A DNA stretch of 64,000 bases from an uncultured Candidatus Saccharibacteria bacterium (GCA_964372905.1 CAYJQY010000001.1:8777-72776); one strand, 5' to 3'; numbered from the stretch's first letter, positions 19,487-30,170 are shown. Numbers and translations: made by a program. Notes: generated by a model not told the origin, from the letters alone.

Positions 19487-19768
19487 TTATTGGTTGCGTA
19501 GGTCCTTGAGAATTTCTTTAATTCGTCTGTACAGCCAGGTCGTGCTGATAATTAAAGCCAGCAAGATACCGATTAGTTTCAGATACTGCGTGGCGTTACG
19601 CTCATCAAGGAGTTTGCCCAGATAGCCGAACGCCAACAGCGGCAGGGCGATTATAAAACCAAATTCTAAAACCAGATTGCCGGCTTTTAACAACGTTATC
19701 CTGCGCTTATCTTGGACGATTTTTTCAGCTTGAGGGTCGCGCGGCTTATCTTGTTCAATATCTGACAT
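19487..19768 (-). CDS. small 2-TM protein at head of atp operon (AtpI/AtpZ-like)
   Basis: Position immediately upstream of atpB; 93 aa, two TM helices. Confidence 0.4.
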   Translation of the reverse strand: MSDIEQDKPRDPQAEKIVQDKRRITLLKAGNLVLEFGFIIALPLLAFGYLGKLLDERNATQYLKLIGILLALIISTTWLYRRIKEILKDLRNQ

Positions 19769-19845
19769 AATTTAATTTAACGTGAAAAATAGTAACACAA
19801 ATTACCGATTTTGACAAGACGAGGTTAAAAATCCGGGCTTGACAT

Positions 19846-20409
19846 CTAGCCAAAAATCACCTTTTTGAACTTTGCCCTAAATTTGGCATCATCTCGGGCT
19901 TGCTTGAGCAACTTTTTGATTTCACCCTCAATAAATTTTCCCTCGCCGGCGAGCTTAAGAAAGCGTTCGAATGAATATAAGAGGACCTTGATTTTTTCGC
20001 CCGCGTCCAACTTTTGTTCAGCCACCTTAACACAGTTTTGAGCGATGAAAATATATATTTTGTGCTCAATTTTTCGCGATGGGTCTTCGGTCAGCTTCCA
20101 TAGAAACAACTTTTTTGGGCGAAGTCCAGCTTCTTCCAGTAACTCGCGCTTGGCGGTCTGTTTGGGGGTTTCCCCTTTTGCGTCCATTCGGCCGGCCGGC
20201 AAACTAAAAAACCATTTGCTTCCCGGCTGCAACTGCTCTATAATCACTATCTTATTATTTAGCTCGGCAATTACTAAGACGGTGCTTTCCCGCCTGACTG
20301 CTTCAAACGTTTCGTAGCTGCCGTCAAACATTTTTTGGCGCCAATGATAAACGTCAAAAATTATTCCCTTAAAAACCTTCTTGGCATGCTTGGGTATTCT
20401 AGGCATCAC
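19846..20409 (-). CDS. NUDIX hydrolase
   Basis: Nudix box GRMDAKGETPKQTAKRELLEEAGL (GX5EX7REUXEEXGU). Confidence 0.75.
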   Translation of the reverse strand: MMPRIPKHAKKVFKGIIFDVYHWRQKMFDGSYETFEAVRRESTVLVIAELNNKIVIIEQLQPGSKWFFSLPAGRMDAKGETPKQTAKRELLEEAGLRPKKLFLWKLTEDPSRKIEHKIYIFIAQNCVKVAEQKLDAGEKIKVLLYSFERFLKLAGEGKFIEGEIKKLLKQARDDAKFRAKFKKVIFG

Positions 20410-20434
20410 TGAATTAATTTAACTCTTATTACCG

Positions 20435-20510
20435 TGGAGCCGGCTGTCGGACTCGAACCGACCACCTGCGGTTTACGATACCGCTGCTCTACCAGATGAG
20501 CTAAGCCGGC
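20435..20510 (-). tRNA. tRNA-Thr(CGU)
   Basis: Reverse complement GCCGGCT-TA-GCTC-ATCTGGTA-GAGC-A-GCGGT-ATCGTAA-ACCGC-AGGTG-GTCGG-TTCGAGT-CCGAC-AGCCGGC-T-CCA. Confidence 0.85.
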
Positions 20511-20527
20511 GTGACATAAAATTATCC

Positions 20528-20601
20528 TGGAGCGGGTAACGGGAATCGAACCCGTGCCACAACCTTGGGAAGGTCGCGTACTGCCACTATACGATACCCG
20601 C
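20528..20601 (-). tRNA. tRNA-Gly(CCC)
   Basis: Reverse complement GCGGGTA...CGACC-TTCCCAA-GGTTG...CACGG-GTTCGAT-TCCCG-TTACCCGC-T-CCA. The anticodon stem has one G.U pair. Confidence 0.8.
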
Positions 20602-20619
20602 AAGGGTTAAGCAACTATT

Positions 20620-22347
20620 TTAATTTCTCAAGGGCAGCGCGTTTGACGCGTCCAGCGGAAATTGCCGTTGCTGCTTAATCATTTCGTTCAGATCGATGAA
20701 ATCTGTCGGAGCTTCAACGGTAACCTGATTACCGTAATCAGAATAATCAATATCAAACTTGAGCTCGGCCGAGAAATCGACCTGGTCAAACGCACGGCCC
20801 TGCGCTTGCTCCCGGGGCGCGGGCAGAAGACAATTGGGTGAATTCGCCGGGCAGGGCTGGGCGGTGGAAATACCGGAAGGCGTAAGGATACCCAGACCCG
20901 CCTTATATTCGCCCACATTATCACCCAAGCAAAAAATAAGCTGATAATTGGGGTAAACTCTTGCGCCGTTTCTGCCCGTCGTTGAGCCCCCAACCGGAGT
21001 ATAAGTATAAGTATTTGCGGCTTCAGTGCACAAGCCGCTTGGCGGTGGGGCTACGGGTAAGAGGGCCAGGTAGGCCGGCTTGTCTTTGGGTGTATTAGAA
21101 AGGTCAGATAAATTCTGCGGGTAGCCGCCAGTATCGTTATAATATAATTCCGAGGCGCCGGCAATTTGCCTGACGTGGGCCAAGCGCTGGGAGTCATCTG
21201 ATCCCGGATTAAAACGCAGGCCAGCCATGGACAATTTTAGGAGCGAAATCAGCGAGGGCGCGTTGCCGACAAAATGAATGCGGTACGGCCGCTGGTCGAG
21301 AATGCCCACCCAGACTTCAAACTCCCTGGTCTCCAGGCGGCTTAAGAGTTGGGTTGTTGCGCTTGTTATAGCGCTCAACAAGTCATTGGAAAAATTTTGG
21401 GAGTCAGTTTCGCTCAACAAGGCTGCGGTATCCTTCAGGGCGCGCTCAATATTTGGCCGATCCAAAGCCAGCCTGAAATGAAATGTCTGCGTGTTGTTTA
21501 CGCGCTCAATGCCGAGATATTTATCAAGCTTAATGATTTGATGACGGAGCCAGATGTCATTAATTTTTTCGCGGAGCGCTTCAGCATCCAATATTTGCAT
21601 CAAAGCGGAAGTTTGTCCCCCCCCTGGCTCCCTAACTAACTGGTGGAAATTCATTTTAGCCCAATCTTTTTTTGTTTCGCGGGCCTGTAAATAGAATAAA
21701 TTGAGCAGAATGTTATCCTTGGTATTCAAATAAATATCCTGGTCAATCTGGCGGTATTTTAAAGCCGTGCCGAAATTGCTTCCCCCGCCGCTTATGTTGT
21801 AGTTAATCTCGCCCTGGCTTGCGGAATGGCCGGATTCAATGGCGCGAAACTCCCCTGTGCCGGAAATTTCGAATGCCAAATTGCTTAAGGCCAGGCCCAG
21901 GTCAGAAGGGAGTTCAGCGGTGCCCCCGTCAGTATAGCTCATTACAAACTTGGTGTGATGTGATTTGCTTGATGCTTCATTAATAAAGCGATTAAACACG
22001 CGGGCGGGCGCATATACTGCGGCCAGAACCCCCGCGCCTACAACAATTACTCCCATACCTGTCCCGACTAACATGAGCCATCTTTTTGATTTTTTGCCGT
22101 GCGGGGGTTGTGGCAGCAAGGTTGGCTCCTGACGGGCTCCCGTTTCCGAAATGCTAACACTAGCCACAGGCGCCGCGGGCGGGCTGGCGGCTGCCTTGGC
22201 AAGCTGCTGTTCTGAATCAACCTCGGCAAATCCGTTGTCCACGGCTCGCGCGTTCCAACCCACGGTTAAAAGATTGCGGCGAATTTCCTCGTCATTGTGC
22301 CCATAGGAACGGGCTTCGCGGATATAGGCAACTATGTCTTCGTCCAT
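20620..22347 (-). CDS. membrane-anchored hypothetical protein with internal type IV pilin/pseudopilin-like domain
   Basis: TM helix near residues 90-115. Motif LAHVRQIAGASELYYNDTGGYPQNLSDL resembles the pilin globular-domain pattern (xxYYxDNGxYP). Cys-rich C-terminal part. Confidence 0.45.
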   Translation of the reverse strand: MDEDIVAYIREARSYGHNDEEIRRNLLTVGWNARAVDNGFAEVDSEQQLAKAAASPPAAPVASVSISETGARQEPTLLPQPPHGKKSKRWLMLVGTGMGVIVVGAGVLAAVYAPARVFNRFINEASSKSHHTKFVMSYTDGGTAELPSDLGLALSNLAFEISGTGEFRAIESGHSASQGEINYNISGGGSNFGTALKYRQIDQDIYLNTKDNILLNLFYLQARETKKDWAKMNFHQLVREPGGGQTSALMQILDAEALREKINDIWLRHQIIKLDKYLGIERVNNTQTFHFRLALDRPNIERALKDTAALLSETDSQNFSNDLLSAITSATTQLLSRLETREFEVWVGILDQRPYRIHFVGNAPSLISLLKLSMAGLRFNPGSDDSQRLAHVRQIAGASELYYNDTGGYPQNLSDLSNTPKDKPAYLALLPVAPPPSGLCTEAANTYTYTPVGGSTTGRNGARVYPNYQLIFCLGDNVGEYKAGLGILTPSGISTAQPCPANSPNCLLPAPREQAQGRAFDQVDFSAELKFDIDYSDYGNQVTVEAPTDFIDLNEMIKQQRQFPLDASNALPLRN

Positions 22348-22351
22348 CGTT

Positions 22352-23188
22352 TTAATTTAAGCGGACCAGAATGCGCACCGGCACGGTTTGGAGTTGGCTC
22401 TCATGCCATGCGGAAAAACCGTCCTGTCTAAGAAATATGCTCTGAAGCTGAAGCTGGCTGTTATCTTTTCCCAGAATCTTTATGACATGCTGGCCGTAAC
22501 GGCTGGTTAAATATATAATATCGCCCTGCCGGGAATTTGCGAGACCTTCTTGAAGTTCAGGCAAAAGAATTTTCGGATCGATAAACCCAGAATCGCCGGA
22601 AAAAACCCGGCTCGATTGGTCATCAGAATATTTTTTCACCACCTGGGCAAACGCGCGTCCCGCGAACAACTCTTGCCGTATTTGCTCAAGACGGTTAAAG
22701 ACGCTTGGGTCCAGACCGCGCTGGCTGTTATGCCAAATATTCAGTTTAACTAGGCGCAGTTGCGGAAGCAAAACCCTGATCTGAAACTCCTCGGGCGTCA
22801 TACCGAAACTGCTTTTAAGCAATTGGCGAAACTCGCCGGAGCCACCGCCCTGCTGCTTGACCAGATTATTGTATTCATCCCTGACTTCTTGTGCTGATAT
22901 GGCAATGCCGTAACGTGCCGCGATTTTCTCCGTGGCCCGTTCATCAATAATATTTTGGAAAATTTGGGCACCTTTAACTCCTGGGCTCCCGGCCAATAAA
23001 GCGCGGGTTTCAACCTCGTTTAAGCTGATGAATGAACCACCTGCTACAGCAATGGGCAAATGGCTGAAGCGAAACATTCCCCTTTTAGCCGGGGTCAGCG
23101 TACCGGTATACAGCCATAGCGGTAGCAGTAGTCCTACAATAACGAGAATGCCGCCAAGGCCGAGAATGAGCTTTTCAGTTTTAGTCAT
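22352..23188 (-). CDS. PpiC/parvulin-type peptidyl-prolyl isomerase (SurA/PrsA-like), membrane-anchored
   Basis: Parvulin domain FAQVVKKYSDDQSSRVFSGDSGFIDPKILLPELQ. Likely start MTKTEK (the ORF track extends to 23290). Confidence 0.7.
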   Translation of the reverse strand: MTKTEKLILGLGGILVIVGLLLPLWLYTGTLTPAKRGMFRFSHLPIAVAGGSFISLNEVETRALLAGSPGVKGAQIFQNIIDERATEKIAARYGIAISAQEVRDEYNNLVKQQGGGSGEFRQLLKSSFGMTPEEFQIRVLLPQLRLVKLNIWHNSQRGLDPSVFNRLEQIRQELFAGRAFAQVVKKYSDDQSSRVFSGDSGFIDPKILLPELQEGLANSRQGDIIYLTSRYGQHVIKILGKDNSQLQLQSIFLRQDGFSAWHESQLQTVPVRILVRLN

Positions 23189-23189
23189 T

Positions 23190-23573
23190 TTAATTATGGA
23201 ATAAATACTGCCACCAAGCTTCCAGGTTTGAAGGCCGATGGTTTGCGCCGTCCCGGCCAGATGCATCTCCCTGGCTGGCCGGTTCATCACCGAAGCTATA
23301 AATTATTTCGCCGCTTTTTTTCAAACCCAATTGCTGGCGGGCGATGCGGTCTTTATAATCTGCGCTCGTCAAATATTGGAGAGACTGGGACAGTTCCGTA
23401 TTTTTTTGCTCCAGGGCCTGCTGCTGCTGCTGCAGGTGATTGATTTCGCTGTCCAGCATCCTCCGCTGCGCAAACTGGCGGTATTGAACAAACAGCAAGC
23501 CCATAAGGCCAAGGCCCAAAAGCGCGAGCGTGGGCTTAGCGGTTAAAATTTGCTTTAGGCGCGCTTTGGTCAT
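23190..23573 (-). CDS. FtsB/DivIC-like septum-formation initiator
   Basis: 127 aa with N-terminal TM helix and a Q/L-rich coiled-coil (EINHLQQQQQALEQKNTELSQS). Confidence 0.55.
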   Translation of the reverse strand: MTKARLKQILTAKPTLALLGLGLMGLLFVQYRQFAQRRMLDSEINHLQQQQQALEQKNTELSQSLQYLTSADYKDRIARQQLGLKKSGEIIYSFGDEPASQGDASGRDGANHRPSNLEAWWQYLFHN

Positions 23574-24133
23574 AGGATTCTTTGGTCGTGCTTGGTATAT
23601 CCGATGCGGTTCTGGAGCCGGTTAACTGGCCCCTGGTCAACTTGGATATCGGAATGACTGTGCTGTTTATGAAGCTGCCATAAATAATCCTTAATGCGAG
23701 CAGGATAGTTTATGCGTTCCAGAATTATTGGCTCGACCAAACCGACAACCTGAACTTCAACGTCGCCAAAATGGCCGAGGACAGAGCCCAGACCCGTGGT
23801 TTTATAGCTAACATTCAGGATGCGCTCCAGCGGCGTTTCGACCACGAACTTTTTAAACACGCCGACGTGAGCGATTTTGACTAAGCGTTTGTCGGTAATG
23901 AGGTACTGGTTCAGGTGCCAAATAAACAGCGCGCGCAGAGTGGTAAAAGCCACCAGCACTGTCCATAAATATAGCAGTCCGGCGTAATCGCGCCAAAGTC
24001 CGTATTTTGCCAGGAAATACCAGGGCGCGGCCACCACAATTACTGCGAGAAGCAAGGGCTTCACCAGAACAAACCCGGATCTGCGGTAACGGTTGAGAAG
24101 CCGTTCCCCCGGCTGAAAGGGCACCTTAGCCAT
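23570..24133 (-). CDS. membrane protein with bacterial PH (YdbS/YdbT-like) domain
   Basis: Two TM helices, then a beta-rich domain of about 80 aa. Family assignment tentative. Confidence 0.4.
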   Translation of the reverse strand: MAKVPFQPGERLLNRYRRSGFVLVKPLLLAVIVVAAPWYFLAKYGLWRDYAGLLYLWTVLVAFTTLRALFIWHLNQYLITDKRLVKIAHVGVFKKFVVETPLERILNVSYKTTGLGSVLGHFGDVEVQVVGLVEPIILERINYPARIKDYLWQLHKQHSHSDIQVDQGPVNRLQNRIGYTKHDQRIL

Positions 24134-24302
24134 TCAAACTCCTTAGTACTTATTTTAGTGCTAAAAGAAATTAGTGCTAAAAGAAATTGGGGCCGATTGT
24201 AAGCACGAGCATACTGGCGATAATTGCGATCGCCACCACGTACATAATTCGGTTCAAGCGCTTACGGTCACGAAACATACGCTTCATTATACCACGGAAT
24301 GG

Positions 24303-24392
24303 CCGTCGAGCCAGCTTGCTCGGCGATCAGTATTTGCTCCGGGGGACATATGTGCAACTCTGCTGATCGCGGGCAACTGGCGAGGCGGTCAA
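24303..24392 (-). repeat. intergenic hairpin repeat element, copy B (orientation as copy A)
   Basis: ccgtcgagccagcttgctcggcgatcagtatttgctccgggggacatatgtgcaactctgctgatcgcgggcaactggcgaggcgg. Inner stem gatcagca/tactgatc is compensatory relative to other copies. Confidence 0.8.
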
Positions 24393-24434
24393 CGGCGAGG
24401 ACAGGGACAAGATCATGCATTTTCGGCTCCCGCA

Positions 24435-26231
24435 TTACCTTTTTAAAACGGCTAAAAACGCTTCCTGTGGGATATCGACCTTGCCTACTTTCTTCATCCG
24501 CTTCTTGCCTTTTTTTTGTTTGCTAAGCAATTTCATTTTTCTGGTCACGTCCCCGCCATAGAGATAGCCGGTTACGTCTTTGCGCAGGGCTGAAATTGTT
24601 TCCCGCGCGATAATTTTGCCGCCTATGGCCGCCTGGAGCGCGATTTCAAACTGCTGTCTCGGAATCAGCGACTTCAACCGAGCAACCAGAGCACGCCCCT
24701 CGGTTTCAGCCACGGACTTATGCATAATGGCTGATAGGGCGTCAACCTTTTCGCTGGCCACTAAAATATCGACCTTGACTAAATCGCCCGCCCGGAATTC
24801 TAGAAATTCATAGTTGAGCGAAGCATACCCGCTGGAAATGCTCTTCAATTTATCGTAGAAATCTACAATGATGCTGGACAGCGGCGCCTCGAACAAAAGT
24901 TCGACCCGGTCCGGCCCCAAGTATTTAATATCCTTGCTGATGCCGCGGCGTTGGGTCACCAGCTCAAGGATGGGTCCAATGTACAAGCCGGGCGAGAGAA
25001 TATTAACCAGCACCCAGGGCTCCTCAATAACTTTGAGCATAGAAGGGTCAGGCAGCTGTGAAGGATTGTGTATGATCTGGCGCTGACCTTGGGTAGTAAT
25101 CAATTGATATGCCACGCTCGGCGCGGTCAAAATTAAATCTAGATTATATTCGCGCGTCAGGCGCTCCTGCACAATATCCATATGGAGCAGGCCCAAAAAG
25201 CCAGTGCGGAAGCCAAAGCCAATGCTGGGAATATTTTCCGGTGCAAATTCCAGACTGGCGTCGTTAAGTTTAAGTTTTTCCATGGCATCGTGCAGTAAAG
25301 GGTAGTCGTCTCCCGACGTGGGAAAAATACTCGCGTAAACCATGGGCTTCACGTGCTTATAGCCCGGCAAGACGGGCACCGAGGTTTTATGTTGAATTTC
25401 AGTAACGGTGTCGCCTACCCGAGCGCGGTTAACGTCGCGCAAACCGGTCACTATGTAACCGACTTCGCCCGTGCCAAGCGTTTCCTGCTTTTGCATCTTT
25501 GGCTTGAAAAACCCCACCTCGAGCGCGTCGGCCGGGGCCTGACCCGCTACAAAATAAAGCTGCTGGCCGGATTTCACGGCTCCGTCCATAATTCGCACGT
25601 AAGCTATAACGCCGCGGTGGACGTCGTAAATTGAATCAAAAATTAGCGCCCGCAGAGGCGCTTCCGGTTTGCCCGCCGGACCGAGAACGCGCTCAATAAC
25701 AGCCTGAAGCAGCTGCCCAACGCCCTCGCCGGTCTTACCCGATGTAAAAATTATATCTTCGCGCCTAAAGCCAAAAGCGGCAACGAGCTCCTGGGCCGTG
25801 CGCTCCCGCTCGGCGTTCGGCAAATCTATTTTGTTAACCACGGGGATAATTTTCAAATTGTGCCCCAGCGCCAAATGGGCGTTTGCCAGAGTTTGGGCCT
25901 CAATGCCCTGGGTGCTGTCAACAACTAAAATTGCGCCTTCGCAGCAAGCCAGACTGCGGGAAACCTCGTAACTAAAATCGACGTGGCCGGGGGTGTCAAT
26001 AAGATTCAGGACGTACGGCGTCCCTTTATAAACGTAATCCATGCGCACGGGCTGGAGTTTTATGGTTATTCCGCGCTCGCGCTCAAGGTCCATCTGATCC
26101 AACAGCTGGTCCTTCATTTCACGCGCCGCAACCGTGTGCGTAATTTCCAGCAGACGATCAGCCAATGTGCTTTTGCCGTGGTCAATATGCGCGATAATAC
26201 AAAAATTGCGGATGCGTTCCAAATCAGACAT
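24435..26231 (-). CDS. lepA: elongation factor 4 (LepA)
   Basis: NFCIIAHIDHGKSTLADRLL, DTPGHVDF, NKID; full-length EF4. Confidence 0.95.
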   Translation of the reverse strand: MSDLERIRNFCIIAHIDHGKSTLADRLLEITHTVAAREMKDQLLDQMDLERERGITIKLQPVRMDYVYKGTPYVLNLIDTPGHVDFSYEVSRSLACCEGAILVVDSTQGIEAQTLANAHLALGHNLKIIPVVNKIDLPNAERERTAQELVAAFGFRREDIIFTSGKTGEGVGQLLQAVIERVLGPAGKPEAPLRALIFDSIYDVHRGVIAYVRIMDGAVKSGQQLYFVAGQAPADALEVGFFKPKMQKQETLGTGEVGYIVTGLRDVNRARVGDTVTEIQHKTSVPVLPGYKHVKPMVYASIFPTSGDDYPLLHDAMEKLKLNDASLEFAPENIPSIGFGFRTGFLGLLHMDIVQERLTREYNLDLILTAPSVAYQLITTQGQRQIIHNPSQLPDPSMLKVIEEPWVLVNILSPGLYIGPILELVTQRRGISKDIKYLGPDRVELLFEAPLSSIIVDFYDKLKSISSGYASLNYEFLEFRAGDLVKVDILVASEKVDALSAIMHKSVAETEGRALVARLKSLIPRQQFEIALQAAIGGKIIARETISALRKDVTGYLYGGDVTRKMKLLSKQKKGKKRMKKVGKVDIPQEAFLAVLKR

Positions 26232-26250
26232 ACGCTCATTGTATCAGATA

Positions 26251-27861
26251 CTAGGACTGGGGGCTATCCGAGGCCACCTGGCTTTTATACACCAATTTTT
26301 TTAGAAACGATAACAGCTGCTTGGTTTCGTGCAGCCCGATCAAGTACCCGATTACAGCGTAAATAATAATCCCCGCGGCAACGGCCGTACCGGATTGGAT
26401 TAAGATTCCGAGCGTGGTGCGCGTATTAACCAGCGGGGCTATGGCATAAAGAGTCCCGTAGGATACAACACCCATACCTATAGTGGCCAGCAGAATCTTG
26501 CTTATGGCCGCGATTAAGGTCAGATCAAATTTAGATATTTTCTGGGCAGAGTGCACCGCTTCGCGGCCGAGCTGCCGCCGCAAAACGATGAACAACATCA
26601 AGCAATTTATAATGCTGGCTATGGTAAAACCCAGAGCTACCCCCACTACGCCAAACCGCATGGCAAAGATATAAGAAAGGGTCGCGTTGAACGCCAAAGT
26701 GATAAGACCGATGATGACCGGCAATTTGGTATTATGCCGGGCGTAAAAAGCCCGGGCCAGCAGCGGTATCAGACTTTGGCTGAACAGGGAAAAAGTAAAC
26801 ACTCCGAAAGTGTTAAAAGTTAAAATCGTGTTGTCCCAGTTGAATTGGCCGTGGCCAAGAATCAGCCGGACAATATGGGCTCGCAACAAAAGCATTAGAA
26901 TGGATAAAGGAATGATGAAAAATAAAACCTGGATTATGGCTTCACCCAGAGCGTCCAAATAGCCCTTGCCGTCGCGTTGATTATAGCGTTCGCTTAAAAC
27001 CGGAAAGACGGCAATTGCCGTGGACACGGCAATAATTCCCAGCGGCGCGGCCTGCAGATCGTTGGCTAAGTTAAAAACAGAGATCGAACCAGCGGCCAAA
27101 ACCGATCCTATGACTGAAGCAATGAGCAGGCTTATCAGCGATGGATCCAAACTGAAAATTCTGGGAATGAACAAAGTAAAAATCGCCCGCACTCCGCTGT
27201 GTTTCCAAAGCAGGACGGGCGACCAAGTAAATCCCCCCCGAATGACCCCGGGAATTTGTATCAGAAAGTGGAGCGCGGCCCCGACAATCACGCCCAGACC
27301 AAGACCGAGCAACCCCAGGCGCGGATACAAGACCTCCAGTCCGAAAATAATGCCCAGGTTGTAAAAAATTGGCGCGAGATTAACCAGAAAGAAACGTTTA
27401 AAGGACATAAGAATGCTCGATATAAGATTCGACAGCGTAAACAAGAGCGGCGATACCAGCATCAATCTGGTTAAGCTTACTGTGGCCTCAAGTTTCGCTT
27501 CATCAAAACCCGGCAGTAATGCGTTCATAATGGGACGAGCGGCGAAAAACAAAATCAAACACAGCGCAAACATAATAATCATGGCCGCGTTGAGCACGCT
27601 ACTGGCCACACGGTTGGCTTCTTCACGGTCCCGGGCCCAATAGCCGCTAAAGACCGGAATAAATGCCGCTGACAAAGTCCCTAAAATGAGCAAATTAAAA
27701 ATGAGGTCCGGGATGCGGAACGAGGCGTAGTAGATATCCAGGATGTCGCCGGCGCCAAAGCGGCTGGCAAAAAGCTCCAGCCGAAGTAATCCCACCAATC
27801 GGGAAAACAGCGTGAGTACGGCAATGAGCGCGGCCGCCCGCCGGATACTGAAATTGCCCAT
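26251..27861 (-). CDS. murJ: lipid II flippase MurJ
   Basis: 536 aa polytopic MOP-family protein; the N-terminus MGNFSIRRAAALIAVLTLFSRLVGLLR...FGAGD is typical of MviN/MurJ. Confidence 0.85.
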   Translation of the reverse strand: MGNFSIRRAAALIAVLTLFSRLVGLLRLELFASRFGAGDILDIYYASFRIPDLIFNLLILGTLSAAFIPVFSGYWARDREEANRVASSVLNAAMIIMFALCLILFFAARPIMNALLPGFDEAKLEATVSLTRLMLVSPLLFTLSNLISSILMSFKRFFLVNLAPIFYNLGIIFGLEVLYPRLGLLGLGLGVIVGAALHFLIQIPGVIRGGFTWSPVLLWKHSGVRAIFTLFIPRIFSLDPSLISLLIASVIGSVLAAGSISVFNLANDLQAAPLGIIAVSTAIAVFPVLSERYNQRDGKGYLDALGEAIIQVLFFIIPLSILMLLLRAHIVRLILGHGQFNWDNTILTFNTFGVFTFSLFSQSLIPLLARAFYARHNTKLPVIIGLITLAFNATLSYIFAMRFGVVGVALGFTIASIINCLMLFIVLRRQLGREAVHSAQKISKFDLTLIAAISKILLATIGMGVVSYGTLYAIAPLVNTRTTLGILIQSGTAVAAGIIIYAVIGYLIGLHETKQLLSFLKKLVYKSQVASDSPQS

Positions 27862-30143
27862 TATTGATTTTCCTCCGGGCGATCAAAGACCAAACCGAAG
27901 AAGTAATCGCGATTAAACTCAAGCGCGGGTAAAGTCAGCGCGCCTCCGGAAACTTCGGCGTCAAAATTTTTCCAAGCAATGGCGCGGGGCAAAAATTCCA
28001 CCTTATAAGAAAAACTTTGATTCACGGCGCCAGGCTGTTTTTGCAGCAATAAACTATGATGATCAAGCTGATTGAGTTCAAAGGGAAGGCGATAGGTTAT
28101 CGTAACGGTTTGACTGGCCTGCCCCGCAACTTTAACCCAGTTACCGAACACGGTGTTGCCGTTCTCTTCGCTGATAAGCGTATTAGACAGGACGTGACGC
28201 ACCGAGCCATTTTCCAAAGCATAAACGTCCGGGTCAGTTTGCTGGTCTTCTCCTAGCCGGTCCGGCAGCGGCATTGAACTGAATCCCTGTGTACTGATGA
28301 GCGCCGCGCCTTTGGGCACGTAAATGCGCATGAAGCTTAAATTTTCCAAGCCCGGCTGCGCCGGCAACGGGTTAATCCGCGTAACGGTCAGCGTATTGAC
28401 GATGGCGCCGCTGTGGTCAATAACGCTGTCTAACGATATTTTTTGTTCGATGGCCAGGTCGGTTTTTGTCCCGCCGAGGTTACTATTAACCACAGCTAAA
28501 TAATCTCTGTCCGTGGCGCGGACTTCCCCATTCCAATTAAAAGCCGCAAACTGCGCTTGCACGCCCGGATCCCGCGAATAAAACATTATATGCTTGGCAG
28601 CCAAGTTGCGTTGCAGCGTCTCAAAGACCAATAGCCATTGATCAGCAGATAAACTGTTTAGGCGCTCCAGCAAAGCCGGAGTAAAATCGGCCAGCATTTG
28701 CTTGGGTTGGTTTTCAACTTTGTCATAGTTGACAGACGTTTCCAGCTGGGTCAATTCAACGAAATTTTCCGCGGTCAATGTGACATTGTATTTAGACAAG
28801 TTTACCGGACCGGTAATTTTGAGCAGGTCCACCATGACCGTTGGTGTGATGGCTATAACCAAATCCGGGGTTTCCCCGCCTTCTTTCTCGTAGAAGCTGA
28901 TGATTTTTTTGACCGAGGTCGGAAAGTCAAAAAACCAATTACTGTCCCTCATATACCAGCGGTTGTTCACGGCCCAAAGCGGCCGCGGCGGCGTTATGGA
29001 TTCCTTGAGTTGCCCGTCGAGGGCGTAAATACTCTCAATTTTCATATTGCCGATGGCGCCGTTGCTCAAACTGATGTCGCCATAAGTGCCGATGAAGCCC
29101 CCGGTGGCGCGCAGTTCATTATTGTTTTGGGATAGCAGCAGAATCGTCTTGTGGCCGCTACTCAAAGTTGCCACAATTTTGATAACCTCGCTAAGCGTGG
29201 CCAGTCCGGTTCGGGCCGCGGCAACTTGATTTTTCGCTTGCGCAAAGATTAATCTTTGATCGCCCGGCACACTGCTTTCGTTCACGCGCGCCAGATTCTC
29301 TTCAGCCTGCCTTACATTATTGAGTGCCTGGGCAAGACTGGCGTTAAGGGCGGTCAGGGTTTTCTCGGCTCCGCCCGGGGCGCTTAACCCCTGGGCACCT
29401 AAATGCAAGCTCTCCCAGTCTTGGTAAAACCTCGTCAGATCAAGTCCGGCCTGGCCTAGTGTCCGGACCGCCTTGATGAGTTCCTCGCCGTCGCGCTTTT
29501 GGGGCAGGACATTGAGCAAGCCATTCATAATTCCGCCCACGGCCTTAAGGTCACGCTGGGTTTGATCGAAACTGGAAATAGCCTCGGCAAAGCGCACGCC
29601 GGCCAAATCAACAGACTGATCTTTTAATAATTTCTCGGCTGCGGACAGCTGGCCTAAACCCCTTTGAGCCGAACCGGCTAGGCGATCTCTGATGTCCCAG
29701 GCACGGCCAACCAGTTGAACCGATTGTAAGCCCCCTACGGTCAAGCCAATAAGAAAAATAAACACGACCAGGGCTAGACGAAACTCCCGATTTGAAAGTT
29801 TCCCCAATTTTGACCGGCTGATAACGAACCAGCGGCGCCATTGCCGCGATTGGTCAGCATCGAAAGAAAAAGATCGTAATGTTTTCGCGCGTTGTCCGCG
29901 AGATGCGCGTCCACCGAGCAGCAAGGTCAAAACGTAGACTAGCTCACGGGCAGCAACCAGGAGTCCCAGGCCGACATAGTAGCAAACAATAAAGGCAATA
30001 TACCCTACCGCTTTGGCCACTAAAATTATTTCGGGCCAGACCTTGCCAGCCATCAATATTACACTCCTGCGTTGCCTTAGTGCAGTAACGCTTTGATAGA
30101 GCGAGTGATGCAAATATAGAGGGATTTTTTTAGACCGTTTCAT
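27861..30143 (-). CDS. large membrane-anchored DUF4012-like protein
   Basis: N-terminal TM helix. Motif ELRATGGFIGTYGDISLSNG, characteristic of the DUF4012 family, which often neighbours cell-wall genes. Confidence 0.5.
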   Translation of the reverse strand: MKRSKKIPLYLHHSLYQSVTALRQRRSVILMAGKVWPEIILVAKAVGYIAFIVCYYVGLGLLVAARELVYVLTLLLGGRASRGQRAKTLRSFSFDADQSRQWRRWFVISRSKLGKLSNREFRLALVVFIFLIGLTVGGLQSVQLVGRAWDIRDRLAGSAQRGLGQLSAAEKLLKDQSVDLAGVRFAEAISSFDQTQRDLKAVGGIMNGLLNVLPQKRDGEELIKAVRTLGQAGLDLTRFYQDWESLHLGAQGLSAPGGAEKTLTALNASLAQALNNVRQAEENLARVNESSVPGDQRLIFAQAKNQVAAARTGLATLSEVIKIVATLSSGHKTILLLSQNNNELRATGGFIGTYGDISLSNGAIGNMKIESIYALDGQLKESITPPRPLWAVNNRWYMRDSNWFFDFPTSVKKIISFYEKEGGETPDLVIAITPTVMVDLLKITGPVNLSKYNVTLTAENFVELTQLETSVNYDKVENQPKQMLADFTPALLERLNSLSADQWLLVFETLQRNLAAKHIMFYSRDPGVQAQFAAFNWNGEVRATDRDYLAVVNSNLGGTKTDLAIEQKISLDSVIDHSGAIVNTLTVTRINPLPAQPGLENLSFMRIYVPKGAALISTQGFSSMPLPDRLGEDQQTDPDVYALENGSVRHVLSNTLISEENGNTVFGNWVKVAGQASQTVTITYRLPFELNQLDHHSLLLQKQPGAVNQSFSYKVEFLPRAIAWKNFDAEVSGGALTLPALEFNRDYFFGLVFDRPEENQ

Positions 30144-30170
30144 GCAATATCATAATGCCCCTAACCCATA

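Noticed and set aside
20406-20603. 65-aa minus-strand ORF
   Set aside because: It completely overlaps tRNA-Thr(CGU) and tRNA-Gly(CCC); an artefact of GC-rich tRNA sequence.
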